A DNA stretch of 33,859 bases from Gammaproteobacteria bacterium (GCA_041740675.1 JBGSLN010000241.1:1-33859), one strand, 5' to 3'; numbered from the stretch's first letter, positions 9,080-19,639 are shown. A program made the numbers and translations. Notes: generated by a model not told the origin, from the letters alone.

Positions 9080-9625
9080 ATGAAGAAAAATACTTATCAA
9101 AGCTATGGAAGTATTAGTAAATTTTTACATTGGACAATATTTTTATTAGTGACTGGAATGATTATTTATGGCTACCTAATGGAGTATGCTTCTGATTCTT
9201 CAAAAGCACTGGTTTATAATATTCATAAATTGTTTGGTTTATTAGTTTTATCATTAATGATCTTACGAACAATTTGGGCATTGGTGAATCCAAAGCCAAA
9301 ATTACCTAGCAAAATACCTCTATGGGAAATTGCATTAGCTCGCTTAATGCATTTTAGTCTTTATCTTATTTTACTTATTATGCCCTTTTCTGGTTGGATT
9401 TTAGCTTCTTCTGCAGGCAAACCACCGAAATTACTCGGTATTTCCTTGGGCTTACCAATTACACAAAATGAATCTTTAAAAAATTTGGCTGATAATGTGC
9501 ACGTGACTTTAGCTATAGTTATCATCGTGATGGTAGCTTTGCATGTATTAGCAGCACTTAAACATCACTTTATTGATAAAGACAATATTTTAAAGCGCAT
9601 GACTCCCTGGGTAAAAAATAAGTAA
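9080..9625 (+). CDS. Cytochrome b561 family protein
   Basis: 181 aa with 4 TM helices. Conserved His residues sit in KFLHWTI, IHKLFG, HFSLY...SGW and ALHVLAALKHHFIDKDNILKRM, the CybB-like C-terminal signature. Confidence 0.88.
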   Translation: MKKNTYQSYGSISKFLHWTIFLLVTGMIIYGYLMEYASDSSKALVYNIHKLFGLLVLSLMILRTIWALVNPKPKLPSKIPLWEIALARLMHFSLYLILLIMPFSGWILASSAGKPPKLLGISLGLPITQNESLKNLADNVHVTLAIVIIVMVALHVLAALKHHFIDKDNILKRMTPWVKNK

Positions 9626-9645
9626 TTTAAACATATATAATTTTC

Positions 9646-10674
9646 TTATTTGAAAATACTTTCTTCGGAAAGCCCTTCTTCCTCGAGAATTTTACGTAAG
9701 GTTCTTAGCGCTTCTACTTGAATTTGTCTTACCCGCTCACGTGTCAAGCCAACTGCTTTGCCTACTTCTTCTAACGTTGCACGATCATGACCTCGTAAAC
9801 CAAAACGTCTTGCAAGGACTTCTTGTTGATTCTCGGACAATTGATCTAACCAACGATCTAAATGATCACTCAGATCATTATCCACTAAAATTTCTTCGGG
9901 ATCTGATCCCGCTTGATCTGCTATAGTATCAATCAAAGGCTTTGAAGAATCTGCGCCTCTAATAGGAGCATCCACTGAAGTAATATGCTCGTTCAAACTT
10001 AACATATGTTTAACATCTTCAAGTGGTTTATCAACTAATTCCGCAATTTCTTCTGCGCTTGGCTCATGATCCAATGCTTGGGTTAATTCACGAGCTGCAC
10101 GTAAATAAATATTCAGTTCTTTAACAACATGGATAGGTAAACGAATAGTTCGAGTTTGATTCATTATGGCTCGTTCAATGGTTTGTCGAATCCACCAAGT
10201 AGCATAAGTTGAAAAGCGAAATCCTCGTTCAGGATCAAATTTTTCCACTGCACGCATTAAACCTAAATTACCTTCCTCAATTAAATCAAGCAATGCTAAA
10301 CCACGATTACAATAACGACGAGAAATTTTCACAACCAATCTTAAATTACTTTCAATCATCCGCTTTCTTGCATTGCCGTCTCCCTTCAGAGCCAAGCGTG
10401 CAAAATACACTTCTTCTTCCGCAGTAAGTAATGGAGTAAAACCAATCTCACTTAAATAAAGTTGCGTAGGATCACAAACAACCCCTCGTCCTAATGGATG
10501 ACTTCTTCTTTTCTGAGCTAAGTCTATGCCATTATCTGTTTCATCATTTGAATCTTCTTCGACGATATCAACAATATCTGCCTCAACTTCAAGTGACAAT
10601 GCGTCATCATCACTTTCTTCTGATAATTCTTCTTCATTAAAAGTCTCTGGCATATCTTCCAAATCTTTTGCCAT
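9646..10674 (-). CDS. rpoS: RNA polymerase sigma factor RpoS (sigma-38)
   Basis: [35 protein letters not shown] and the region 4 sequence [24 protein letters not shown] are near-identical to RpoS. The N-terminus is acidic, and the gene lies downstream of nlpD. ATG 10674 with GGAGG 4 nt upstream is preferred over TTG 10695. Confidence 0.93.
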   Translation of the reverse strand: MAKDLEDMPETFNEEELSEESDDDALSLEVEADIVDIVEEDSNDETDNGIDLAQKRRSHPLGRGVVCDPTQLYLSEIGFTPLLTAEEEVYFARLALKGDGNARKRMIESNLRLVVKISRRYCNRGLALLDLIEEGNLGLMRAVEKFDPERGFRFSTYATWWIRQTIERAIMNQTRTIRLPIHVVKELNIYLRAARELTQALDHEPSAEEIAELVDKPLEDVKHMLSLNEHITSVDAPIRGADSSKPLIDTIADQAGSDPEEILVDNDLSDHLDRWLDQLSENQQEVLARRFGLRGHDRATLEEVGKAVGLTRERVRQIQVEALRTLRKILEEEGLSEESIFK

Positions 10675-10794
10675 TCTGCCTCCAATCCAACTCAAAAAAT
10701 TTCATGCATCATAAGTGAATTTTACTCTCAATAAAGTCAGGAGTGAAGCAATCTTTCGAAGGAGTACTTTAAAATCAACATGTTGTATTATGCT

Positions 10795-11565
10795 TCACTT
10801 CAAGTACAATAATGGATTCACAGGTTGACCATTTCTGCGGATCTCAAAATGCAACATGGTTTTTGTGGTTCCAGTATTTCCCATCTTGGCTATTACCTGA
10901 CCTTGTTGAACCTTCTCGCCTTCTGTCACTAAGATGCTTTGATTATGTGCATATGCACTCAAATAATCATCACTATTCTTAAGAATAATTAATTTACCAT
11001 AAGCTGGTAATCCGATACCTTCATAAACCACAATCCCTGCAGCTGCAGCGCGAATAGGGCTACCAGCCACTCCAGAAATATTAATACCTTTATTCCCTTG
11101 CGCGGGTGCGAACGGGCCAGTGACCTTGCCCACAGCTGGCCAGATCCAACCACTCACTGGTGCAAATTTTGTAGTTTGTATTGCGACAGATTGAGGTGTA
11201 CGCACTGTTTTAACTTTAGATGCAACTGGAGTTTTTAACGGGAAAGTTGGCGCATTTTTTGCAGCATACCCTTGTTGACGAGGTGCTACATAATTGGATT
11301 TAACTATTAAGTACTGCCCGGGTTGAATCTGTTCTCCTGGGCGGATTCCATTCATTCGTTCTAATGTTCGATAGTCCAGACCATACGCCCACGCAATAGA
11401 AAATAAAGTATCACCTGGCCGAACATAGTATTGTCCAGGTTTATTCTTCGGAACTATTGGAGAAAACACAGGTGCATAATTATTACTGCTACATCCACTT
11501 ATAAAAGTAAATACTATAATAATTATGCTTAGCCATCTCTGTTTTATTACTATGAATATACTCAT
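10795..11565 (-). CDS. nlpD: Murein hydrolase activator lipoprotein NlpD (LysM + M23 peptidase domains)
   Basis: Has the lipobox FISGC, a LysM domain (YYVRPGDTLFSIAWAYGLDYRTLERMNGI) and a C-terminal LytM/M23 domain (GINISG...YAHN...GNTGT...LHFEIR). Confidence 0.92.
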   Translation of the reverse strand: MSIFIVIKQRWLSIIIIVFTFISGCSSNNYAPVFSPIVPKNKPGQYYVRPGDTLFSIAWAYGLDYRTLERMNGIRPGEQIQPGQYLIVKSNYVAPRQQGYAAKNAPTFPLKTPVASKVKTVRTPQSVAIQTTKFAPVSGWIWPAVGKVTGPFAPAQGNKGINISGVAGSPIRAAAAGIVVYEGIGLPAYGKLIILKNSDDYLSAYAHNQSILVTEGEKVQQGQVIAKMGNTGTTKTMLHFEIRRNGQPVNPLLYLK

Positions 11566-11580
11566 ATATTCTTCATTAGT

Positions 11581-12327
11581 CTAAAAATCCATCTCAGCAC
11601 GCCATTGGCTAACTCTTTCAAAAATTTTATAATCAGTCAAATCAAATTTTAAAGGGGTAATTGAAACATGCCGATTAGCTATCGCGTGAAAATCAGTTCC
11701 TGGTCCAGCATCAGACTCAGAGCCAGCTGGACCTACCCAGTAAATTTCATGTCCACGTGGATCGGTAGCTTTAACAACCGGCTCAGCAATATGCCTAGCC
11801 CCTAATCGAGTTACTTCATAATTTTTTAATTCAGTCAAAATAATATCTGGTACATTCACATTTAAAATGGTTTGTTTTGGTAAAGGATTTCTAATGATTT
11901 GCTGTAATAATTTTTGAATCACCGCTGCTGCTGTCTCAAAATGTTGATTACCGGCTAAAGAAATAGCAATTGCTGGTAAACCAAGACAACGGCCTTCAGT
12001 TGCAGCCGCAACAGTACCTGAATATAGAATATCATCTCCTAAATTTGAACCATCATTGATACCTGAAATAACGATATCTGGTAATTCATCAAATAATCCG
12101 GTCAGGGCTAAATGCACACAATCTGTTGGGGTTCCTTCCACACTCCAAAAGTCTGCTTCAATTTTTTTCACACGTAGTGGGTTACTTAATGTTAGTGAAT
12201 TACTGGCACCACTGCGATTACGATCGGGAGCAACAACTTTCACATCACCAAAACTTTTCATTGCTTCATACAAAACACGTAACCCTTTGGCATAAATGCC
12301 ATCATCATTAGATAATAAAATTTTCAC
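11581..12327 (-). CDS. surE: 5'/3'-nucleotidase SurE
   Basis: MKILLSNDDGIYAKGL..., SGINDGSNLGDDILYSGTVAAA and the 248-aa length are the classic SurE signature. Confidence 0.95.
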   Translation of the reverse strand: MKILLSNDDGIYAKGLRVLYEAMKSFGDVKVVAPDRNRSGASNSLTLSNPLRVKKIEADFWSVEGTPTDCVHLALTGLFDELPDIVISGINDGSNLGDDILYSGTVAAATEGRCLGLPAIAISLAGNQHFETAAAVIQKLLQQIIRNPLPKQTILNVNVPDIILTELKNYEVTRLGARHIAEPVVKATDPRGHEIYWVGPAGSESDAGPGTDFHAIANRHVSITPLKFDLTDYKIFERVSQWRAEMDF

Positions 12328-12552
12328 TACTTTCTACTCACTTTAAAAGTTATGGATTTTTTTCATGACTGAAAATAATTCAATCACAAGAAAAAAATCA
12401 ATTCAAAATATATCATAACATATTCATTCTCAGCGAAGAACCAATACGAATTGAATATTAATTCGTGTTTTCTGCTGTAGTTGTTAAGATACTCTATTTC
12501 CATGGCAATCGTAGAATGTCTTTAATTCTGTGTGTTATAATTTCCATTCCTC

Positions 12553-13734
12553 ATGGCGAACAAGATAAAAATGAATAAAGGTGCATTTTATAAATCCGGC
12601 TTAAACAGTGAGTTTACTAGTCAAAACCTAAGTTTTGGTGCTTATATCAATGAAATGCGAGCTATTATTGAATCCACACGCCTGGATTTCACTGAAGAAA
12701 ATCGTGAAATTATTATCGATGCTAATAGTCCTTTTGAATGGCGGCCAGATAATCCCGCAGCACAAAATTCACACACAAAGAAATTTAAAAATGGCGTATT
12801 ATTAATACATGGTTTATTTGACTCTCCAAGTGTTTTATGGAGTGTTGCGGAATATTTTCGTTCACAACAATTTCTGGTGAGAGCAATTTTACTGCCTGGA
12901 CATGGTACCAATCCAGGGGATTTGCTCGATGTCAGTTATAAAGAATGGATTAAAGCGACTCAGTTTGGAATTGAAAGTTTTGCACATGACACTCAAAATT
13001 TATTTTTATGCGGTTTCTCTACCGGTGGTGCTTTATTATTGCAACAAGTGTTCACCTCAAAAATTCGAAATCTAAAAGGTATAATCTTATTTGCTCCCGC
13101 TCTTAAGTTACAAACACCAATCAAGATTCTATCAAACCTTGATAATCTGCTACATCACACTATAGGTGGAATTAAATGGCTCACTCGTTCTGCTAGTCCT
13201 GACTATGCTAAATATCTATCATTTACTTTGAATTCTGCACATCAAGTACATATGTTGGCCCAAACCATCACTAACCTAGAAAGTCATCAACTGATTAAGG
13301 TTCCAATTTTTTTAGTAGCCACCGCTGATGATGAAGTATTATCAGTCAAAGCCATGGAGCATTTTTTTGCTCATCAAGATCATGTGAACAGTAAATTTAT
13401 TTTATATGGAAATGAGTTTGAAAAAAAAGAAGATCAACGCATCGAGTTTATTCCTAGCTACTTTCCTGAAAAGAAAATTTTAAATTTTTCACATGTATGC
13501 TTACCTATTGCACCCGATCATCCTCATTATGGAGAAAAAGGTGACTATCAAGATTTACTATATTATGAAGAAGGAATGCAACAAAAATTAAAAATTATTA
13601 GTGCGGACTTATGTTATGGTGCTTTAACATATACAAATTTGAGACACCATTTTATTCAACGGTTAACATATAATCCTGATTTTCCTAATCTCTTAGATAA
13701 GCTTCATAAATTTCTAACTAATTTATCAAACTAA
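12553..13734 (+). CDS. Alpha/beta-fold hydrolase (esterase/lipase-like)
   Basis: Oxyanion region VLLIHGLFDSP, nucleophile elbow GFSTGG, and later ADDEV and FSHV as candidate Asp and His. Substrate is unknown. Confidence 0.75.
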   Translation: MANKIKMNKGAFYKSGLNSEFTSQNLSFGAYINEMRAIIESTRLDFTEENREIIIDANSPFEWRPDNPAAQNSHTKKFKNGVLLIHGLFDSPSVLWSVAEYFRSQQFLVRAILLPGHGTNPGDLLDVSYKEWIKATQFGIESFAHDTQNLFLCGFSTGGALLLQQVFTSKIRNLKGIILFAPALKLQTPIKILSNLDNLLHHTIGGIKWLTRSASPDYAKYLSFTLNSAHQVHMLAQTITNLESHQLIKVPIFLVATADDEVLSVKAMEHFFAHQDHVNSKFILYGNEFEKKEDQRIEFIPSYFPEKKILNFSHVCLPIAPDHPHYGEKGDYQDLLYYEEGMQQKLKIISADLCYGALTYTNLRHHFIQRLTYNPDFPNLLDKLHKFLTNLSN

Positions 13735-13746
13735 ACAATAAATATT

Positions 13747-14214
13747 TTAATTTACTCTTACTCGTCCAGTACTACTCAGTATAATATGTCTAATATACGT
13801 TTGATTTTCAATTAATTGATAAATAAAACTACCATTTTGACTACTCAACAATCCAGTTTCTGTAAAAATAATGTTGTTGGCCTGACGATTCCAAACAAGT
13901 TTTGCTCCGGTAAAACTTGTTAAAGTTTTCACTAAAATTTTTTTAGAGTTCGATATTTGTAAAAAAACATTAATCCCCTTTCCCCAATCTTTTCCACAGT
14001 CATCATTCAATTCGCCAATCGGGCATACAACAACCGATTGTTCTTCAATTATTGCTAAATTTCTAGAATAGTTAAGCAGTCTTACCAACTGGTTGACTTG
14101 GACATTTGTTTTATTCATTAAAAATAAATGTTGCATTGATGGAATAGCAAAGAGTAGGACCACGGCAATCAAACTTAATACAACTAATAACTCCATTAAT
14201 GTGTATCCTTTCAC
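13747..14214 (-). CDS. GspH/FimT-family minor (pseudo)pilin with prepilin-type N-terminal cleavage/methylation motif
   Basis: N-terminus MKG|YTLMELLVVLSLIAVVLLFAIPS is the class III signal (G/xTLxE). The 155-aa size and the QVNQLVRLLNYSRNLAI helix are typical of FimT/GspH. Confidence 0.8.
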   Translation of the reverse strand: MKGYTLMELLVVLSLIAVVLLFAIPSMQHLFLMNKTNVQVNQLVRLLNYSRNLAIIEEQSVVVCPIGELNDDCGKDWGKGINVFLQISNSKKILVKTLTSFTGAKLVWNRQANNIIFTETGLLSSQNGSFIYQLIENQTYIRHIILSSTGRVRVN

Positions 14215-14338
14215 GATGACTTTCCTTTTTTAATGGGTATAAAACCCAAATCATACAAATCTTAATCATAATAAATTATAGAATATCTTTTGTCTATAAG
14301 ATAAAATTAGTGTTTTCACAATTAAGAGCAATGCGATC

Positions 14339-15853
14339 ATGAAAAAAGCAATTATTATCTTTATTTGTTTTTGTTTGTGCGCTTTAGTCATCTATTTTTA
14401 TACCAGTAAAATTCCGCCTAAAATGCCCGTAAATTTATTAATTGCTCCGAATTTACCACAAGATTCCTTTGCATTTACACCCAAAAATCTACCATTAAAA
14501 AAACCTTTATTATCAATTGCACAGCAAACTGCTTTTCATAAAGCTTTTTTGAAACGCTATTATTACCCATGGTCAGCAAGTGACACGCCCACACAATATT
14601 GTTTAACTGCAGATGGACAAAATTGTAAATCTGTACTGACTTTTGAAAATGAAATGATAACTGTTTTCTTAAAAGATCTTGGTTATAACAATGATTATCA
14701 AGCTAATACTAAATCTTGGATGGATGCAATTGTTGCAAACATGCAACTAAATACTTTTCCTAATGTGAATTGCAACACTTCAGATATGTGCCATGGTATC
14801 ACAGTCGAAAACACTAATATCCGCATAATTCCAACGATGAATCCAAGTTATGCGAAAATAACTGAACCAGGTGAAGCTTATCCTTTTGACTATATTCAAG
14901 AATCAAATTTATGGTTAGGAACTCCTGTGATGATTGTGCAACAATCTAAAGATCATGAGTGGCTGCTTATCAAAGGTCCTGGCTTATTAGGATGGGTCCC
15001 GACTAAAAGTATTGCCTTTGTCTCTAAAGATTTTATCAAAGAATGGCAAAATCATGCTATGGTAACTCCCATTTTACTTAAGTTTACTATCAATCCAAAC
15101 TTAAAATTGACAACACCTAAAATTATTTATTTAGGTTCACTTTTGCCATATATAAAACACACTGCAAATAGTTTTTTAACTTTATTGCCGGTTACAGATG
15201 CAAATCAACAAGCAAAAACTATTTCATATAACCTTTCTAATTATCTTGTCACTCGTTGGCCATTAATACCTACACCACAAAATTTCAACTTATTGATCAA
15301 CCAATTACTCGGCATGACTTACGGCTGGGGCGGGATAGGTTTTGATACCGACTGTTCTGGAACTATTCAGCGATTATTTGGGACGTTCGGTATTTGGTTG
15401 CCAAGAGATTCTAAAAATCAATTAGATTTTGGTGGCTACATTTATCCGTTGCCTTTAAGTACTTACCCTGTTGCTGTTCGGCAAGCAATGTTTACAGGAA
15501 GTTCTAATGCACAGTTACCCTCCTTAAAACCTTATTTAACTTTAATTGGTTTTGGAGATGAAAAGAATGGTATTGGACATGTTGCATTGTATTTAGGAAA
15601 ATATCCGCAAAATAGCCCGAAGCAAATCGTGATTTTCCAAAGTGTTTGGGGAGATAAAATCATGCAAGGACATATGCCTATTGGCCGAGCAATTATTGGA
15701 AAAGCTGCAATTACTACCATGGGTTTTGGGACAAATTTGGATTTACCTAATACTGGATATAGCACTGATACCCTTTGGCAAAAACCTGGAATTTATGTCA
15801 CTGACTTGACTAAACCTCAAAATACAATTTGGTTGAAACAGCAAAATTCTTAA
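14339..15853 (+). CDS. SH3 domain-containing NlpC/P60 (C40) family cell-wall peptidase
   Basis: N-terminal TM/signal anchor. The middle region is SH3b-like (WLLIKGPGLLGWVPTKSIAF). The C-terminal C40 core is TYGWGGIGFDTDCSGTIQRLF...GHVALYLG, giving the Cys/His catalytic pair. Confidence 0.85.
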   Translation: MKKAIIIFICFCLCALVIYFYTSKIPPKMPVNLLIAPNLPQDSFAFTPKNLPLKKPLLSIAQQTAFHKAFLKRYYYPWSASDTPTQYCLTADGQNCKSVLTFENEMITVFLKDLGYNNDYQANTKSWMDAIVANMQLNTFPNVNCNTSDMCHGITVENTNIRIIPTMNPSYAKITEPGEAYPFDYIQESNLWLGTPVMIVQQSKDHEWLLIKGPGLLGWVPTKSIAFVSKDFIKEWQNHAMVTPILLKFTINPNLKLTTPKIIYLGSLLPYIKHTANSFLTLLPVTDANQQAKTISYNLSNYLVTRWPLIPTPQNFNLLINQLLGMTYGWGGIGFDTDCSGTIQRLFGTFGIWLPRDSKNQLDFGGYIYPLPLSTYPVAVRQAMFTGSSNAQLPSLKPYLTLIGFGDEKNGIGHVALYLGKYPQNSPKQIVIFQSVWGDKIMQGHMPIGRAIIGKAAITTMGFGTNLDLPNTGYSTDTLWQKPGIYVTDLTKPQNTIWLKQQNS

Positions 15854-15893
15854 GAATATGATATGATTTAGTAACAAAAAAGTTGGAACAGCG

Positions 15894-16448
15894 ATGTCAA
15901 AATTACCTATTCTAAAAACGCCAAGGCTCATTTTAAGACCATTCAAACTGAGTGATGCTGCAACAGTTGCAGAACTAGCGAATGATAGAGATATTGCTAC
16001 TAATACGGAAAATTTACCTTTCCCGTATTATGAACATCACGCTGTTGATTGGATTCGTGCACATCAATATATGTATGATGATGATCACATGTTGACATTA
16101 GCAATTGTATTAGCCAAGAAAAATATTGTGATTGGTGCAATTGGCCTTGAATTTACTAAATCTTATAATCATGCAGAATTGGGTTATTGGTTAGGAAAAC
16201 CTTATTGGAACTTTGGTTACGCGACTGAAGCTACCAAGCGATTAATTCATCATGGCTTTATGGATTTAAATTTGCATCGAATTCATGCAATGCACTTAAA
16301 ACAAAACCCTAATTCTGGTAAGGTATTACAAAAGCTTGGAATGAAGCCTGAAGGTACACTTCGAGAACATATCATGAAATGGGGAGAATATTTAGACGTA
16401 GAATGTTATGGTTTATTACGTAGTGAGTATGTTGCGACATTGGGATAA
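15894..16448 (+). CDS. GNAT family N-acetyltransferase (RimJ/RimL-like)
   Basis: TPRLILRPFKLSDA..., AELGYWLGKPYWNFGYATEA and NPNSGKVLQKLGMKPEGTLRE match the Acetyltransf_3 pattern. Confidence 0.85.
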   Translation: MSKLPILKTPRLILRPFKLSDAATVAELANDRDIATNTENLPFPYYEHHAVDWIRAHQYMYDDDHMLTLAIVLAKKNIVIGAIGLEFTKSYNHAELGYWLGKPYWNFGYATEATKRLIHHGFMDLNLHRIHAMHLKQNPNSGKVLQKLGMKPEGTLREHIMKWGEYLDVECYGLLRSEYVATLG

Positions 16449-16506
16449 ACTTCCCTATGCCACCACAATTAAATACTGGATGTTTTCGTAAATCCTAAAA
16501 ACAATA

Positions 16507-17022
16507 ATGGAGATTACTAAGATGTGTAAAAAACTTTTGACTAAGCAACTAAAAGCCTATCATCAATACCATACTAAATGCTGGACTCAGATAACACATT
16601 TCATTGGCGTACCCTTGATTATTTTTTCATTGATAATATTAACTAGCTGGGCCCATATCCGTGTTCCTGGTTTTTTTGATATGCCATTGTCTTGGTTACT
16701 TTCCATCATTGTACTCGTTTATTATTTCTTTATGGATATTACTCTAGCTGCTGTATTAACAGTAATTTTTATCATTTTTAATGTAATCGTATCCATTGCT
16801 ATGAAAAACCGTCCCTCTTGGATCAGTTTACAAGTATTTTTATTTATGTTTATTATCGGATGGGTTTTTCAATTCGTAGGTCACTTTATTGAAAAGAAAA
16901 AGCCTGCTTTTTTCGATGATTTTAAACAAACTCTCATTGCACCGTTGTATTTAACCGCCGAAGCATTTTTTTATTTTGGCTTAAAATCAGATTTGAAGAA
17001 AGCAATCGAAGAAAATGAATAA
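16507..17022 (+). CDS. DUF962 / Mpo1-like membrane protein
   Basis: YHQYHTKCWTQITHFIGVPLI and GHFIEKKKPAFFDDFKQTLIAPLYLTAE are the two His-containing DUF962 motifs. The protein has 4 TM helices. Confidence 0.8.
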   Translation: MEITKMCKKLLTKQLKAYHQYHTKCWTQITHFIGVPLIIFSLIILTSWAHIRVPGFFDMPLSWLLSIIVLVYYFFMDITLAAVLTVIFIIFNVIVSIAMKNRPSWISLQVFLFMFIIGWVFQFVGHFIEKKKPAFFDDFKQTLIAPLYLTAEAFFYFGLKSDLKKAIEENE

Positions 17023-17052
17023 TTCACTGAAGTATAAACATACATACTCACA

Positions 17053-17089
17053 GCATTTGAATTTTATGCCTAGCTTAAAATTCAAATGC
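17053..17089. terminator. Perfect 14-bp hairpin between convergent genes (probable bidirectional terminator)
   Basis: GCATTTGAATTTTA (17053..17066) pairs with TAAAATTCAAATGC (17076..17089) around a 9-nt loop. There is no strong U-tract, so the terminator function is inferred from position. Confidence 0.5.
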
Positions 17090-17096
17090 ATGAGTA

Positions 17097-18170
17097 TTAA
17101 TGTAGTCGCACACTTTTAGTATTAATATGACACAACAGCTCATACGCAATTGTATCAGCTGATGCTGCAACCTTTTCAATCGGTAACCCTTGTCCCCATA
17201 ACACGACCTCATCACCCACTCTTGCTTTAGAACATGGGCGTAAATCTACGGAAATCATATCCATAGAAACGCGTCCTACTAGCCCAGTCATTATCCCATT
17301 AACTAAAACTTGTGTGCCGTTTTTTGCATGTCTGGGATAACCATCACCATAGCCAATAGCAACCACCCCCACTGGCATATTTTCAGGACAAACCCAGGTA
17401 CTTCCATAGCCAATTGCATCGCCTTTTTTTATTTGATTCACTGCAATTAATTCAGAACACACAGTCATCACGGGTTTTAAATTAAAATCCGCACCAATTT
17501 TTCCCGGGAATGGTGAAACTCCATATAACATAATTCCTGGTCGAACCATATCCAAATGAAAAGCATTCAGCGAAAGTAATGCTGCTGAATTTGCTAGTGA
17601 TTTTAACCCCGTAAATTTCATACTAATTTGTTGAAAAAGCTCAATTTGCTTTTGAGTTTTATTTGATGTCAAATTATCTGCATCTGAAAAATGTGTTATT
17701 AAATTTATCGGTTTTTCTACATTGAGATTTTTTTTTAGCTGTGTTTGAATCATATCAATTGCTTCAACGGGAAAACCTAAGCGATTCATGCCAATATTAA
17801 CTTTCAACCACACTACTAAAGGTTTTGTTAATTTTACCTGTTCCAGCATTTGCAGTTGATACGGTTGATGCAACACTACTTGCAAATTTAATGTTGTAAT
17901 CAATTCTAAATCATCAGTTCTAAAAAAGCCTTCAACAAGTATGATTGGTTGTGTACATCCTAATTCCCGTAATTCAATTGCTTCTTCCAAACAACTAACC
18001 CCTAATATTTCGACATGGTGCAAAGCAGGAAGTAATGCTTCAATACCATGACCATAGGCATTAGATTTTACCATGGCTAAAACAGTGGAATTTCTTGCAA
18101 GCTTTTTTGTTATTGTTAAATTATGCAGAAATGCATCAGGATCAACTATCACTCGGAAAGGGCGACTCAT
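17097..18170 (-). CDS. alr: Alanine racemase
   Basis: PLP-Lys motif AMVKSNAYGHG and C-terminal ...GRVSMDMISVDL... . The start overlaps the dnaB stop (ATGA), which is the conserved dnaB-alr arrangement. Confidence 0.95.
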   Translation of the reverse strand: MSRPFRVIVDPDAFLHNLTITKKLARNSTVLAMVKSNAYGHGIEALLPALHHVEILGVSCLEEAIELRELGCTQPIILVEGFFRTDDLELITTLNLQVVLHQPYQLQMLEQVKLTKPLVVWLKVNIGMNRLGFPVEAIDMIQTQLKKNLNVEKPINLITHFSDADNLTSNKTQKQIELFQQISMKFTGLKSLANSAALLSLNAFHLDMVRPGIMLYGVSPFPGKIGADFNLKPVMTVCSELIAVNQIKKGDAIGYGSTWVCPENMPVGVVAIGYGDGYPRHAKNGTQVLVNGIMTGLVGRVSMDMISVDLRPCSKARVGDEVVLWGQGLPIEKVAASADTIAYELLCHINTKSVRLH

Positions 18171-19561
18171 TCGTAACTCTCATAGCCATAACGTGTTGAT
18201 AAATAATTTTCAAACTTAGTGTATTGACCCAAGAAAGTTAATTTAATTTTGCCGATTGGACCATTACGTTGTTTACCAATAATAATTTCAGCAACACCCT
18301 TATCAGGAGAGCCTTCATTATAAACCTCATCTCGATAAATAAACACTATCAGATCTGCATCTTGCTCAATTGCACCCGAATCTCGTAAATCAGACATTAT
18401 AGGTCGTTTATCTGCGCGTTGTTCTAAACCACGATTTAACTGTGACAAAGCAATTAAAGGTACATTTAATTCTCGAGCTAAAGATTTTAACGAACGAGAA
18501 ATTTCTGAAATTTCTGCTGTTCGATTTTCTTTCATGCCTGGAATTTGCATCAACTGCAAATAATCCACTACAATCATACCTAACTCACCTTGTTCGCGAG
18601 CAACTCTTCTTGCTCGTGATCTTAATTCTGAAGGGCTTAATGCAGGAGTATCATCAATAAACATTTTTATTTCAGATAACATACTTACCGCAGAAGTCAC
18701 TCTTGGCCAATCTTCTTCATTTAATTTTCCAGTACGCAAGCGATGTTGATCTATTCGTCCTAAAGAAGACATCATCCGCATTGCCAATGCATCCCCAGGC
18801 ATTTCCATACTGAAAATCAATACTGGCTTTTTAGTTTTTAAAGCCGCATTTTCTGCGACATTCATCGCAAATGAAGTTTTACCCATCGATGGACGACCAG
18901 CAATAATAATTAAATCTGACTTTTGTAATCCTGAAGTCATTTCATCAAAATCAGTAAAACACGTTGGAATCCCTGTAATAGAAGAACCGGAGTGATATAA
19001 AATATCAATACGCTCAACTGCTTTGGTCAACAAACTTTTTATATCATTAGGCCCTTTAGCATGACCCCCTTGTTCAGCAATCTGAAATATTTTGCGCTCT
19101 GCTTCATCTAACAATTCTAAAACCGTTTTTCCACCAGGACTAAAAGCACTATCGGCAATCTCTCCGGCAGAAGAAATTAACTGTCGCAATACTGATCGTT
19201 CTCGTACTATATTGGCATATGCCACAATATTCGCCGCACTAGGCGTATTTTTTGCAAGTTCAAATAAATAAACTTCTCCACCTATTTCATCTAATTGTTT
19301 GCGAGTTTTAAGAGTTTCCATAACAGTAATGGCATCAATCGGCTTGCTTTCATTTGCAAGTGCTGCAATTGCTGCAAAAATATTTCGATGATCTACTCGA
19401 TAAAAATCAACCGTAGTAATTATTTCACTTATCCGATCCCATGCAAGATTATCCAGCATCAAACCACCTAAAACTGATTGCTCAGATTCAATTGAATGAG
19501 GAGGAACTTTTAACAACTCTATTACTTTATCTTTTTGATAACTTTTGGTTAACTCTGACAT
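18167..19561 (-). CDS. dnaB: Replicative DNA helicase DnaB
   Basis: 464 aa. N-terminus PPHSIESEQSVLGGLMLDN, Walker A GRPSMGKTSFAMN, then VVDYLQLM, SRSLKSLARELNVPLIALSQLNR and IIGKQRNGPIG. No intein is present. Confidence 0.97.
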   Translation of the reverse strand: MSELTKSYQKDKVIELLKVPPHSIESEQSVLGGLMLDNLAWDRISEIITTVDFYRVDHRNIFAAIAALANESKPIDAITVMETLKTRKQLDEIGGEVYLFELAKNTPSAANIVAYANIVRERSVLRQLISSAGEIADSAFSPGGKTVLELLDEAERKIFQIAEQGGHAKGPNDIKSLLTKAVERIDILYHSGSSITGIPTCFTDFDEMTSGLQKSDLIIIAGRPSMGKTSFAMNVAENAALKTKKPVLIFSMEMPGDALAMRMMSSLGRIDQHRLRTGKLNEEDWPRVTSAVSMLSEIKMFIDDTPALSPSELRSRARRVAREQGELGMIVVDYLQLMQIPGMKENRTAEISEISRSLKSLARELNVPLIALSQLNRGLEQRADKRPIMSDLRDSGAIEQDADLIVFIYRDEVYNEGSPDKGVAEIIIGKQRNGPIGKIKLTFLGQYTKFENYLSTRYGYESYE

Positions 19562-19639
19562 TAGTAAAAACCATATGAATTTGACGAAATTTTAGCAAGG
19601 AATGCTGAAGAAACCTAGAAAGAAATTAAGCAGTTTGTC

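Noticed and set aside
12446-12473. Small hairpin ACGAATT-N7-AATTCGT followed by GTTTTCT in the surE / hydrolase divergent spacer, considered as the terminator of an unannotated sRNA
   Set aside because: The 7-bp AT-rich stem is weak, no promoter or conserved-looking upstream unit could be identified, and only trivial ORFs of 17 codons or fewer lie upstream.
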